Of a stretch of DNA of 64,000 bases, positions 47,564-60,031 are shown piece by piece. Source of the DNA: Marispirochaeta sp. (GTDB taxonomy: Bacteria; Spirochaetota; Spirochaetia; JC444; Marispirochaetaceae); NCBI GenBank assembly GCA_963676835.2, contig CAXXFF010000001.1, positions 128,001 to 192,000 on the forward strand. The letters run 5' to 3'. Made by a program: the position numbers and the translations under genes. The notes beneath the pieces were generated by a model. It was not told the DNA's origin. It saw only the letters and a list, made by a program, of their open reading frames with translations, and did no database searches. The stretch's first letter is position 1, and each line of letters starts with the position of its first letter.

Positions 47564-49183
47564 ATGGATACTCCCCGTCTTATTGAAACCGGGACGGGGA
47601 GTTCCCTTGAATTTCGGGGCCGGCGCCTTTATTCCGGCAAAACACCGCAAAAAAGACCTGAAGCCATAGCCGATTCTATTCAGCTTCAGCAAAACACGCT
47701 TTACCTTCTTCCATCACCACTTCTTTTTTATGGTGTAGAAACCATCGTGAAGAAACTGCCTTGCGATTCTGCAGTACTTTTTATAGAGCAGAATGCCGCA
47801 TTATTTGAGGTTTCTCACTGTTTTTACAATGAGATAATTAAGGCAACCGAAACCAGTCAGGCCGGCGCCTATCTCCTATCTCCTCAGAATGAAGATATAA
47901 AACATTGCATTACCAGCTTGTCAGGTTGGCCTTTTCGCCGGGTTGAGCTTATTGTACTTAACGGCGGTTATGGATTATGCAGAGACTATTACGACCGGCT
48001 TTTCACCGTTGCAGATAAAGAAATCCGTCTGGCACATCAGGACAGGCTTACTCAGGTCTACTTTGCCCGGCGGTGGATGAAAAATCTCTTTTCCAACCTT
48101 GCATTTTCCCATGAAATAAACTCCTTCCGAATGCTTGGAACGGATAAACCTGCTGTTGTTGCCGCTGCCGGTGAATCTCTCGAAAAATCCATTCCGGGCC
48201 TGATAGAGCGGAGAGAAAGTTTATATATTGTCGCCGCCGATACAGCCCTGCCGGTGTTATGCAGTAATGGAATTATTCCTGATGCCGCTGTTGTGTTGGA
48301 ATCCCAGTTTATCAATATGCGGGATTTTTACGGTATTCCATGGCAGGAAATTGATCTGATTGCAGACGCATACTCCCATCCACCGGTACTGAGGCTTCCA
48401 TGGAAAAACCGCTTTCTTTTTTTTACCAGATTCAGCGGCCTTAATTTTTTTGAACAGATCCTTGAACCGGCTATGCCGGGTTTTCTTTTCCCCGCCTACG
48501 GCAGTGTGGGCGTCGCCGCAGTTGCCATTGCCGGAATTATCAGCAGCAATGCCGTCTACTGTACAGGGCTCGATTTTTCCTACTGCCTCGGCAAGAGCCA
48601 CGCCCGGGGAACACAATTTGGAATCCAGCAGCTTTCAGAGCAATCCAGAGTTAATCCCCCAGGATCGTTTAAAGCGTTTATTAACCGCCCAATGCTCCTT
48701 CAGTCCGGGAAAAAAAGGAACATCAGAACAGACCTGATCCTCCTGAATTACCTCAATCCACTGCAAAGGATTATCGACGAAAGAAAGGGTATTTACGACC
48801 TCAATGAAGATGGTCTTGATATAGGCGCACCATGGGCAGCTTTGCCCGAAGATACGCATAACAGGTTCTCCGGCAGCACAAATCCGCCTGAAGTGACTGA
48901 CTTCGAAGAAAAGTGCGGCAATTACCTCGAAAAAGAGGTTTTTCACACGCTGTTAAAGAACGAACTGGAAGAACTTCAGAAGATTCATTCAAAGGGGTAT
49001 AAATTTTTAACCGGAGAAATATTAGAAGAGACTTTACCACAGATGATCACCAAACATGATTATCTTCTATCCCACTTTCCGGATCCAAAACTTCCGGCCC
49101 CCCTTAACCCTGACTATGTTAAAAGGGTACTACTGGCTGCAGAAGGTTATATTCAGCACCTCAAAAATCTTCTTACGATGTGA
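47564..49183 (+). CDS. Maf (motility accessory factor)/MptE-like protein
   Basis: W..NL..NL, AAGESL, VAADTAL, GSVG, GLDFSY...HA motifs. Confidence 0.75.
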   Translation: MDTPRLIETGTGSSLEFRGRRLYSGKTPQKRPEAIADSIQLQQNTLYLLPSPLLFYGVETIVKKLPCDSAVLFIEQNAALFEVSHCFYNEIIKATETSQAGAYLLSPQNEDIKHCITSLSGWPFRRVELIVLNGGYGLCRDYYDRLFTVADKEIRLAHQDRLTQVYFARRWMKNLFSNLAFSHEINSFRMLGTDKPAVVAAAGESLEKSIPGLIERRESLYIVAADTALPVLCSNGIIPDAAVVLESQFINMRDFYGIPWQEIDLIADAYSHPPVLRLPWKNRFLFFTRFSGLNFFEQILEPAMPGFLFPAYGSVGVAAVAIAGIISSNAVYCTGLDFSYCLGKSHARGTQFGIQQLSEQSRVNPPGSFKAFINRPMLLQSGKKRNIRTDLILLNYLNPLQRIIDERKGIYDLNEDGLDIGAPWAALPEDTHNRFSGSTNPPEVTDFEEKCGNYLEKEVFHTLLKNELEELQKIHSKGYKFLTGEILEETLPQMITKHDYLLSHFPDPKLPAPLNPDYVKRVLLAAEGYIQHLKNLLTM

Positions 49184-49202
49184 TTAAACCGCGGAATGAC
49201 GA

Positions 49203-51011
49203 CTAATCATCGTCTGTTTTCAGTACAGAGAGGAAGGCATTCTGGGGCAGTTCTACGTTACCCACCATTTTCATTCTCTTCTTTCCCTCTTTCTGCTTTT
49301 CCAGAAGTTTTCTCTTCCGGCTTATATCTCCACCGTAACATTTTGCGGTAACATCCTTCCGCAAGGCGGAAATAGTCTCCCGGGCGATAACAGTTGAACC
49401 GATGGCGCCCTGAATGGGAATTTTAAACTGGTGCCGGGGAATTTCATCTCTCAGTTTTTTACAGACCCGTCTGGCCCGGGAGGTTGCATTTTCACGGAAA
49501 ACAAGCTGAGAGAGTGCATCCACCGGGTTTCCATTTATAAGAATATCCAGTCTGACCAGGGTGGTCTGCCGGTATCCGGTAATTTCGTAATCGAAAGAGG
49601 CATAACCACGGCTTATTGATTTAAGCTTATCATAAAAGTCAAAGAGAACTTCCGCCAGGGGCATGGAATAGACAAGTTCAACCCGCTTTTCATCCAGATA
49701 AGTCATGCTGTCCTGAACACCGCGTTTTTCCAGACAGAGGGTTATAACCGGACCCACATAATCCGCCGGTGTAATTATGGTGGCTTTTATATAAGGTTCT
49801 TCAGCAGAAGAAATCTGCGAAGGGTCAGGATATTCCAGTGGATTATCAATAAATACTGTTTCACCGTTTGAGAGCGTAACCCTGTAGCGTACCGAGGGAG
49901 AGGTAAGAACAATTGTCAGATCAAATTCTCGCTCAAGCCTTTCCTGAATAACTTCAAGATGTAGAAGTCCGAGAAAGCCGCAACGGAATCCGAACCCAAG
50001 AGCAATGGATGAATCCTTTTCAAAAATAAGGGAGGCATCGTTAAGTTTGAGCTTATCTATGGCGGTATGAAGATCTTCGTAGTCGTCTGAGTTTACCGGA
50101 TATATAGAGGAGAAAACCACCGGCTTAACCTCTTTAAATCCCGGCACCGGGACTTTGGCAGCATTCTTTACGGTAGTAACCGTATCACCAACCCGGACCT
50201 TGCTGATATCCTTTATGCCGGCGATAAGATAACCTACCTCGCCCGCTCTCAGATGCTTGTTTTTCTCAAGACCAATCTTAAATATACCCGTCTCTTCTAC
50301 AATATATTTTCCACCGGTGGCCATAAACAGGACTTCGTCATCGCGGGAAATTTTACCCGCCATGATGCGCACATGAACAACAACGCCCCGGTAGGGATCG
50401 TAATGGGAATCAAAAATGAGCGCCTGAAGCGGTTCTTCCACCGCCGGCTTGGGCGGGGGCACGAACTCAACCAGGGCCTCCATAAGCTCCTGAACTCCCT
50501 GACCCGTTTTGGCGGAGATAGGAATAGCAATATCCGGATCGAGTCCGAGATCATGGTCTATCTGATGGCGTACTGCATCAATATCTGCACTGGGAAGATC
50601 TATTTTATTAATAACCGGCAGGATTTCCAGATCATGCTCAATAGCCATATACATGTTTGCAAGGGTCTGCGCTTCAACCCCCTGGGTAGCATCCACTATG
50701 AGCAGAGCCCCTTCGCAGGCTGATATAGCCCGGGAAACTTCATAGGAGAAGTCAACATGGCCCGGGGTATCTACCAGATTAAGCTGATACAGATTGCCGT
50801 CTTTTGAAGTAAAAGGCAGCGATACAGCCTGGGATTTTATAGTTATGCCACGTTCTCGCTCGATATCCATACTGTCGAGAATCTGATCCTTTCTCTCTCT
50901 GTCCGTTATAATACGGGCCTCTTCAATGAAACGGTCAGCAAGAGTGGATTTCCCATGGTCTATATGCGCAATAATACAGAAATTGCGGATGAGTTTTGGT
51001 TCGTAGTGCAT
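49203..51011 (-). CDS. lepA: Elongation factor 4
   Basis: AHIDHGKSTLADR, GFRCGFLGLLH, KCYGGDISRKRKLLEKQK. Confidence 0.97.
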   Translation of the reverse strand: MHYEPKLIRNFCIIAHIDHGKSTLADRFIEEARIITDRERKDQILDSMDIERERGITIKSQAVSLPFTSKDGNLYQLNLVDTPGHVDFSYEVSRAISACEGALLIVDATQGVEAQTLANMYMAIEHDLEILPVINKIDLPSADIDAVRHQIDHDLGLDPDIAIPISAKTGQGVQELMEALVEFVPPPKPAVEEPLQALIFDSHYDPYRGVVVHVRIMAGKISRDDEVLFMATGGKYIVEETGIFKIGLEKNKHLRAGEVGYLIAGIKDISKVRVGDTVTTVKNAAKVPVPGFKEVKPVVFSSIYPVNSDDYEDLHTAIDKLKLNDASLIFEKDSSIALGFGFRCGFLGLLHLEVIQERLEREFDLTIVLTSPSVRYRVTLSNGETVFIDNPLEYPDPSQISSAEEPYIKATIITPADYVGPVITLCLEKRGVQDSMTYLDEKRVELVYSMPLAEVLFDFYDKLKSISRGYASFDYEITGYRQTTLVRLDILINGNPVDALSQLVFRENATSRARRVCKKLRDEIPRHQFKIPIQGAIGSTVIARETISALRKDVTAKCYGGDISRKRKLLEKQKEGKKRMKMVGNVELPQNAFLSVLKTDDD

Positions 51012-51043
51012 TGAGGCTACTATATCCTAGGCGAAACAAATCA

Positions 51044-52963
51044 TCAATGCTGATTGCGTATTATAGAAGCATTATCCAGCACTGAACGGACTACCCTCAA
51101 CAGCTCTTCCGGCTGAAATGGCTTGGGCAGAAAAGCATCGGCATCGGGAAGAACTTTATTGGCCCGCTTGAGATATCCGGAGATAAGAACGCTGGGCAGA
51201 TCAGGTTTCTTTTTATGAAACCTTTTTATAAGTTTATCACCGGTCATATGGGGCATAATATAGTCAGTCAGCACAATATCCACTTCAGATTCTTTTTCTT
51301 CGAAAATCAGCAGAGCTTCACCGGCATTCTGGGCTTCAAAAACCGTGTATCCCGCTCTTTTCAGAATATTGACTATTACTCTGCGCACAGAATTATCATC
51401 CTCAACAAGCAGAATCTTTTCATCACCACTTAAAAGAGCAATATCGGGAATATTGGGAAGCTCTTCACTGACCTTCTCCAGAGTTACCGGGAAATAGAGG
51501 GTAAAAACAGTACCTTTGCCGCTTTGACTTTGAACTTCAATATACCCTTTACTCTGTTTTACTATGCCGTAGACCGTCGAAAGTCCCAGTCCTGTACCTT
51601 TATCTGCGCTTTTTGTAGTAAAAAACGGTTCAAATATAAGCGGCAGGATATCTTCCGGTATTCCGTCACCCGAGTCTGTTACCGTAATGGTACAATACTG
51701 ACCACTGGGGACAGTACCCATGGCACTTACGTAATCCTCATTAAACTCCCGATTTCCGCTTTCAATTGAGAGTGTGCCACTTGAGCCCATGGCATCCCTG
51801 GCATTAACAGCAAGATTCAGCAGTACCTGTTCGATCTGTCCGGGATCCACAAAAACTCCAGGGTTTGAAGCGGTAGTAAAGGTAACCAGCCTTATGCTTT
51901 CCGGGAGCAGCCGACTTATCATCTTTTCGAGGTCCGTAATCAGACTGTTAATATTCACCACTTCGGGGTTCAGAACCTGCTGACGGGAAAAGGCAAGAAG
52001 CTGACGCGTTAGGGTTGTAGCTCTCCCTGCAGCGGTACGAATCCCTTCAAGCTCAACTTCAACAGCTTCTCCGTCTTTGTATTTTTCCTTTCCCAAAGTA
52101 ACATACCCGAGAATAACAGTGAGAAGGTTATTGAAGTCATGGGCAATTCCACCGGCCATTCTACCGATAGCCTCCATCTTCTGGGCCTGCCGCAGTTGTT
52201 CTTCAAGGCTTTTAATCTCCGTGGTGTCCATAAAATAACCATGAAGGGAGGTTAGTTTTCCATCTATTGAGTAATTACCTATTATGTTGGCAAGGACCAT
52301 GGCGTGCCGGTTGTCAGCACTTACTACCGCAAACTCCTGGAGCTTGATAATTCCTTTCTTACGGATATTCTGCCACATGAAATCCGCCTGTGCAGGATTA
52401 ACAAATAGCGAATCGATACTCTTGCCCCGGGCTTCGTTAATGCTTTCAAACCCGAAGAGGTACAGAAAGGCAGGATTGCAGTCAACAATACGGCCTTCTC
52501 CATCGGTGACAAAGTCACCGGAGAGATCTTCTTCAAAAAGTCTCCTATACCTTTTTTCACTCTCTTTAAGCTGGAGTTCCATGGAATGGCGGTACATGGC
52601 CATTTCAATGGTTGTCCTCAATTCCCTCTCGTTAAAGGGCTTGAGAATATAACCGAAAGGGTTAGATTTCTTGGCTCTGTCTACGGTATTGTCATCTGCG
52701 TAGGCTGTTAAAAGTATTACAGGTTTATTGTACTTTTCCCGAATAATTCCGGAGGCCTCAACGCCGTCCATTTCTCCCTGAAGCCTGATATCCATCAGTA
52801 CCAGGTCCGGGAGTGATTTTTCCACCGTAACTATTGCATCTTCCGCACTTGCAACGGGACCGAGCACATGATAGCCAAAACGAAGCAGATGCTGCTTTAT
52901 ATCAAGGCCGACAATAGATTCGTCTTCTACAATAAGAATGCTGCTTACTCTATCGTCGCTCAT
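51044..52963 (-). CDS. Hybrid histidine kinase (REC-PAS-HisKA-HATPase-REC)
   Basis: [35 protein letters not shown]-terminal REC. Confidence 0.92.
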   Translation of the reverse strand: MSDDRVSSILIVEDESIVGLDIKQHLLRFGYHVLGPVASAEDAIVTVEKSLPDLVLMDIRLQGEMDGVEASGIIREKYNKPVILLTAYADDNTVDRAKKSNPFGYILKPFNERELRTTIEMAMYRHSMELQLKESEKRYRRLFEEDLSGDFVTDGEGRIVDCNPAFLYLFGFESINEARGKSIDSLFVNPAQADFMWQNIRKKGIIKLQEFAVVSADNRHAMVLANIIGNYSIDGKLTSLHGYFMDTTEIKSLEEQLRQAQKMEAIGRMAGGIAHDFNNLLTVILGYVTLGKEKYKDGEAVEVELEGIRTAAGRATTLTRQLLAFSRQQVLNPEVVNINSLITDLEKMISRLLPESIRLVTFTTASNPGVFVDPGQIEQVLLNLAVNARDAMGSSGTLSIESGNREFNEDYVSAMGTVPSGQYCTITVTDSGDGIPEDILPLIFEPFFTTKSADKGTGLGLSTVYGIVKQSKGYIEVQSQSGKGTVFTLYFPVTLEKVSEELPNIPDIALLSGDEKILLVEDDNSVRRVIVNILKRAGYTVFEAQNAGEALLIFEEKESEVDIVLTDYIMPHMTGDKLIKRFHKKKPDLPSVLISGYLKRANKVLPDADAFLPKPFQPEELLRVVRSVLDNASIIRNQH

Positions 52964-53003
52964 CTCCACTCCATTTGCATGTACTGCTATCCGTCGTGAA
53001 CCA

Positions 53004-53651
53004 TTAATTCTGCTGCGATAAATTCCACTCCACGGCATACTGGAGCAGTTCGGTGCTGTTCCTCAGGTCAAGTTTCTGTTTTAAGTGTGATTTATAGGTT
53101 TCAATGGTCTTTACACTCAGATTTAGATTTTCTGCAATTTCCCTTGTGCTTTCACCCCTGCCTATGGATTGAAATACCTCAAGTTCACGATCGCTCAGAT
53201 GATCCGTGGCGGATGTTTTTCGCTGGCTGCCGCCGGCCATAGACCTCAGCATATGGTGGCGCATTTTGTCACTCAGATAGATTTCTCCCTGCAGAACAAC
53301 CCGTATAGCGGTCATAACATTCTCCGTTGCCTCGGCCTTCATAATAAATCCGTGGGCACCGGCTCGGAGACTGCGTTCAGCGTAAACCGATTCATCATGA
53401 AGGGAAATCACCAGCATGAGTAACTCAGGATGCAGTCTGGAGAGATCTTTAATAAGTTCTATACCATTGGAATTTTTCAGGGAGAGATCCACCAGCGCAA
53501 GGTCGGGAACCTGTTCTTCCACAAGCGCAATGGCAGATCCGGCATCCTCCGCTTCCCCCACGACAGTCAGGTCCTCTTCCTGGTTGATCAAAAGGGTAAA
53601 CCCCTGACGTATAATGGGATGATCATCAATTAATACAATTCTCTTTTTCAT
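53004..53651 (-). CDS. NarL/LuxR-family response regulator
   Basis: LIDDHPI, DLSL, LSDRELEV...EIAENLNLSVKTIETY. Confidence 0.93.
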   Translation of the reverse strand: MKKRIVLIDDHPIIRQGFTLLINQEEDLTVVGEAEDAGSAIALVEEQVPDLALVDLSLKNSNGIELIKDLSRLHPELLMLVISLHDESVYAERSLRAGAHGFIMKAEATENVMTAIRVVLQGEIYLSDKMRHHMLRSMAGGSQRKTSATDHLSDRELEVFQSIGRGESTREIAENLNLSVKTIETYKSHLKQKLDLRNSTELLQYAVEWNLSQQN

Positions 53652-53655
53652 TGCC

Positions 53656-55419
53656 TTATTTACTTCCCGAAACCGGCACCCGGCAGAGTACTGTTGTTCC
53701 CCCTCCTGCGGTGGGAACGAGATTAAACTGACCGCCTACCATATTAGCCCGATATTCCATAATTCTCAATCCCAGTCCATTTGAGTTCCGTTTTTCCAGC
53801 CCCCGCCCCTTATCGGTAACAGAAAGGACGATCTCCATGGGTTCATAAATCAGTTTTACATCGATTGTTTCAGACCCGGAATGTTTGATGGCATTGTTTA
53901 ATGCTTCCTGGGCTATATGATACAGCTGCAGTTCTACACTGGAAGAAATGGAAAATTCCCGGGAACTGCAGTGAAAATCTGTGGGAACGCCGTACATTGA
54001 CTGACAGTATAAACTCAGTTCGTGCAGAGCCTCGACAAGTCCGTTTGTCTGCAGGGTAACGGGTATCAGCCCCCGGGCCATTTCCCTGGTCTGTTCTACA
54101 GCATGCCGGACGAATCCCTGTATTTCCCGGGCATCTGATGAAAGCTCATCGTTGGACAAGCGTGATAATTTACCTTCATGAGCCTTTAAGCGCAAAAGAA
54201 TACCGGTAAGTTCCTGCCCGAGACTGTCATGCAGATCCTGTCCAATGCGGGAACGCTCCCGATCGACAATCTCAAGAATCTCTTTTTCCAGCTGTTTCCT
54301 CTTGGTTATATCCCGGGCAATGATGGATACCGCAATCAGATTGCCGTGACCATCCCGTATGGGAGAAATCTTGACGGACATATCGAGAACAGCACCGTCA
54401 CTTCTTTTACGGATAGTCTCATAGTGATCAACAACTTCACCGCTTTTAATCCTGTCCAGCATTTCGGGAATCTCGTTCGGATAATACTCCGGAATCAGGA
54501 TTGAGAGGTTTTTACCGCTGACTTCCTCCAGTGAATAACCGAACAAAGCAGCTGCACCATTATTCCAGCTTATAATTGATCCATCCGTTGTGGAGCCTAT
54601 AATTGCATCTTCAGAAGTTTCGACAATGGAAGCAAGCCGGGACTGCATCTCCTGCATCCGGTATTCCTCTTTGATATTGCGGAGAAAATAGAGATAGCCG
54701 GAAAGAACCTTACTTTCACTGAACATCGGCGTAATGGTGCACAACACGGGAAAGCGTCCGGAAGAGGTTACAAGATAATATCGTCCGGAGATTTTCGTGG
54801 TTAGTTCTGTATGTCCGGAATATGCAAAGGGATTTTCGAGAAATTCATTAAACACATTTTCAACGGTTATAGGCAGTTCATTTATGTGCTTTCCTGTAAT
54901 GTCTTCTGAAACAATACCGGCAATTCTCTGAGCCGCCAGATTTGCGAGCTGTACCTTCCCCATATTGTCGCACAGGATTATTCCATCGGATATTCCCGCA
55001 AAAGTAGTGGACAGAAGCTTTTCGTTTTGTACTACCTTCAGTTCAATCTCATGGCGGTATAAAGCCATCTCAATAGTTGAGTGGAGATCATTATGATCGT
55101 AGGATTTCATGATATAGCCGTAAGGCTCGGTAAGCTTCGCTCTTGCCAGGGTTTTTGCATCGGAATAGGCGGACAGAAATATTACCGGAATATGATATTT
55201 GTTGCGGACCTGTTCCGCCACTTCTATGCCGTCCAGCTCACCCCGGAGCTGAATGTCCATAAGCACCAGATCCGGTGACTCGCGCTCTACCGCTGTCAGA
55301 GCCTCCTTGCCTGTTCCTACAGTAGCAATGACTGAATAATCGAGGGTTGTAAGAGTGTGGCTGAGATCTATTGCGACAATAGATTCATCTTCAACAACTA
55401 GTATCCTTGGTCGGTTCAT
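53656..55419 (-). CDS. Histidine kinase REC-PAS-PAS-HisKA_3
   Basis: ERSRIGQDLHDSLGQ, QEALNNAIKHS, DKGRG, GLGL. Confidence 0.92.
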   Translation of the reverse strand: MNRPRILVVEDESIVAIDLSHTLTTLDYSVIATVGTGKEALTAVERESPDLVLMDIQLRGELDGIEVAEQVRNKYHIPVIFLSAYSDAKTLARAKLTEPYGYIMKSYDHNDLHSTIEMALYRHEIELKVVQNEKLLSTTFAGISDGIILCDNMGKVQLANLAAQRIAGIVSEDITGKHINELPITVENVFNEFLENPFAYSGHTELTTKISGRYYLVTSSGRFPVLCTITPMFSESKVLSGYLYFLRNIKEEYRMQEMQSRLASIVETSEDAIIGSTTDGSIISWNNGAAALFGYSLEEVSGKNLSILIPEYYPNEIPEMLDRIKSGEVVDHYETIRKRSDGAVLDMSVKISPIRDGHGNLIAVSIIARDITKRKQLEKEILEIVDRERSRIGQDLHDSLGQELTGILLRLKAHEGKLSRLSNDELSSDAREIQGFVRHAVEQTREMARGLIPVTLQTNGLVEALHELSLYCQSMYGVPTDFHCSSREFSISSSVELQLYHIAQEALNNAIKHSGSETIDVKLIYEPMEIVLSVTDKGRGLEKRNSNGLGLRIMEYRANMVGGQFNLVPTAGGGTTVLCRVPVSGSK

Positions 55420-55508
55420 TCTTTAATATCCCCAGTTATTATATACTGACTTTTTAATAATCGGGATTTTTCCTTAAAATCACGGTTTTTGACTGAAATT
55501 GATCCCTC

Positions 55509-57410
<1,902 letters not shown>

Positions 57411-57421
<11 letters not shown>

Positions 57422-59513
57422 CAGTCAAATGCACATCTCTGCCGATTACAGACGCAAGCCCATTAATATCAATAATGAGGGCTATTGATCCATCACCCAT
57501 AATCGTCGCTCCTGAGAAAATCCGCTGATCCCTGAACATTGACCCCAGACTCTTGATAACAGTCTGATGATCTCCAAGAACCTCGTCCACAAGGAGTCCG
57601 ATTTTTCCCTGGCGGCTTTCGATAATAACCATCTGCCTCAGGCTTTCCTGCCTGGTGTCTATACCAAGATAATCAGCCAGATCAAGAAAAGGAAGGAGGG
57701 ATCCCCTGTGATTTATCATACGTCGTCGTTTATCCAGGTTTTCCATGTTTATTTCGAGGCAGGACTCGACCACTCCCAGGGGCAGAATGAAAATTTCAGA
57801 ACCTATAGAAACCCTGAGACCGTCTATGATAGCAAGGGTTAGAGGAAGACTGAGGGTAAAGGATGATCCCTCCCCGGGCGTACTTTCCACAACAACCATT
57901 CCGGAAAGTGCCTGAATATTCTTGGCAACTACATCCAGTCCAACACCTCTGCCGGAAACATTGGTCACCTTTTCGGCCGTGGAAAATCCCGGAGCAAACA
58001 ACAGCTGAAAAATCTCGGATTCTGTAGGATTATCCCTTGCTCCGATAAGTCCCTTCTCTACGGCCCGGGCTTTTACTTTTTCCGGATCAATTCCCTTTCC
58101 GTCATCGCGGATAATAATAAGAACCGAAGCTCCCGCATGTTCAGCCTCAATGGTTATCTTTCCCTTTCTGCTCTTGCCGTTCTTTTCACGCTCTTCAGGA
58201 CTTTCCATCCCATGATCTATTGCATTACGAATAATGTGAACCAGCGGATCATTCAGCTTGCTTATTACCGATTTATCAAGCTCCGTCTCCCCTCCGATGG
58301 TAACCATTTCTATCTCTTTATCCAGTTCCTGGGACAAATCACGTACAAGGCGCTTGAACTGGGCAAAGGTTGATCCGATAGGTACCATGCGGAGGCTCAT
58401 GGCATTGTCTCTGAGATTATCGATAAGACGTTCCAGTTCTTCGGAAATACCGGAAAGATTGTCATTCCTTATACTCTCGGATACACCGGTTAACCTGGCC
58501 TGAACAGTAACCAGTTCTCCCACAAGGTCAACAAGCTGATCGAGCCGGGAGCTGCTCACCCTGAGAGAGTGCTGCTGGACATCCTTCTGCTGTGTTTCGC
58601 TTTTTTTCTTGAAATGCTCCTGTATATGCAGCTCTTTTTCGATTTCCACAGAATCAAGCAGACCTGCTTCGGTTATCATCTCTCCAAGAAGTTTATGATT
58701 TGCCAGGATTGTTTTCAGCTCTTTTGAAGAGAGGTGCCCGTTTTCGACCAGAATTTCACCGAGCCGTTTCGGCTGCCCATCATCAGACAGATACTGATCC
58801 TTATTCAGTTCATCAACAATTACTTCCGAAGATGATTCCACAAAGATAAAAACATCTCGGATCTCTTCGTAGCTGCTTGTGGATGTGAGTATGATTTCCC
58901 AGCTTAAGAAGAGATCCTCCGGATCAAGCCTGGATAGAATAGGAACCGAGTTTACATTACAGAAAACGGTGGCTTCTCCGAGGGATGCAATTTCTTTCAG
59001 CAGAAGTAATGGATTGGTGCCTTCCTTAAACAGCATTTTCCCGGGATTAAACGCGATCCTGTAAGTTTTATCTTTAGTTTTTTTTGCATCCGGAGATTTT
59101 TGTATCTTCGCTGGCTGCTTTGGAGTAGAACCTGCCCCGGTAATGGCTGAAAGCTGATTAAGGATTTCTTTACTGACACCAATGAGTTCATCTGAAGGTT
59201 CTTTACTGTTTTCCTGAAGGAGGGTCCGCAGATGATCCTTGCCCTGAAGGGCAACATCAATCATCTCCTTTGAGATTCCTGTAGTCCCGGAGCGTACCGA
59301 GTCCAGGGCATTCTCAAAGGCATGAGCGAATTCGGAGATGTGCTTGAACCCGAACATGGCCGCAGAACCCTTTATGGTATGGGCTGAACGAAAAACAGAT
59401 TGAATATGGGAGCTTTCAGCCGGGTTTTCTTCGAGAGCCAGCAGATCTTCTTCCATGGTATTCAGCAGATCGAAAGATTCATCAAGAAAAGTAGCAATAA
59501 ACTTATCGTCCAT
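57411..59513 (-). CDS. cheA: Chemotaxis histidine kinase CheA
   Basis: Hpt FRSAHTIKG, RNAIDHG, GFSTA, SGRGVGLD, C-terminal CheW-like domain. Confidence 0.96.
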
Positions 59514-59514
59514 A

Positions 59515-59802
59515 TTATTTACCGCCTGCCGGATAGGTATCGTCGTACTGCACTCCAACAAGCCTGAATACCTCTTCCACCTGGGGCTGCATAGGACCTT
59601 TCAGCTTTACCGTAAGTTTTCTTTTTACCGCCTCTTTAACTCCGGCGACAAAGAATTGTATACCTGCAGTATCAACAACTTCGATACCGGAAATGTCTAC
59701 CTCAATTACATCTTCTGCCTGATCAAGGGCGACAAGAATGGAGTTCTTTATTTCCTGAACGTTCTCAATGGTACAGCGGGATCCCATAGCTATGGAAATC
59801 AT
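59515..59802 (-). CDS. STAS-domain protein
   Basis: VDISGIEVVDTAGIQ and VFRLVG; directly upstream of cheA. Confidence 0.8.
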   Translation of the reverse strand: MISIAMGSRCTIENVQEIKNSILVALDQAEDVIEVDISGIEVVDTAGIQFFVAGVKEAVKRKLTVKLKGPMQPQVEEVFRLVGVQYDDTYPAGGK

Positions 59803-59904
59803 ATTACCCCCCGGTGGTATTCCATTCTTTAAGTATAGTTACCGGAGGGAAAAAAGCAAAAAATGTTCAGCTTTGGACGGCCCTGAAAAACATGGCATTT
59901 TTAA

Positions 59905-60023
59905 AGAGCCTGGAAAAGAGAAGTTTATCAGCCTCCGCACCCTGAACCAAAAGCTTTTTGAATCGGTGAAGCCTATGGGGAGCCCTGACGAATCTGGAGA
60001 TGGGAATGAGTTATCCCGGAGCT
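59905..60023 (-). ncRNA. Candidate structured ncRNA (6S-like long hairpin)
   Basis: Irregular stem with central bubble: CTCC/GGAG and CCATAGGCTT/AAGCTTTTGG pairings, GGTTCA motif; strand and ends uncertain. Confidence 0.35.
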
Positions 60024-60031
60024 GCCCTGTT

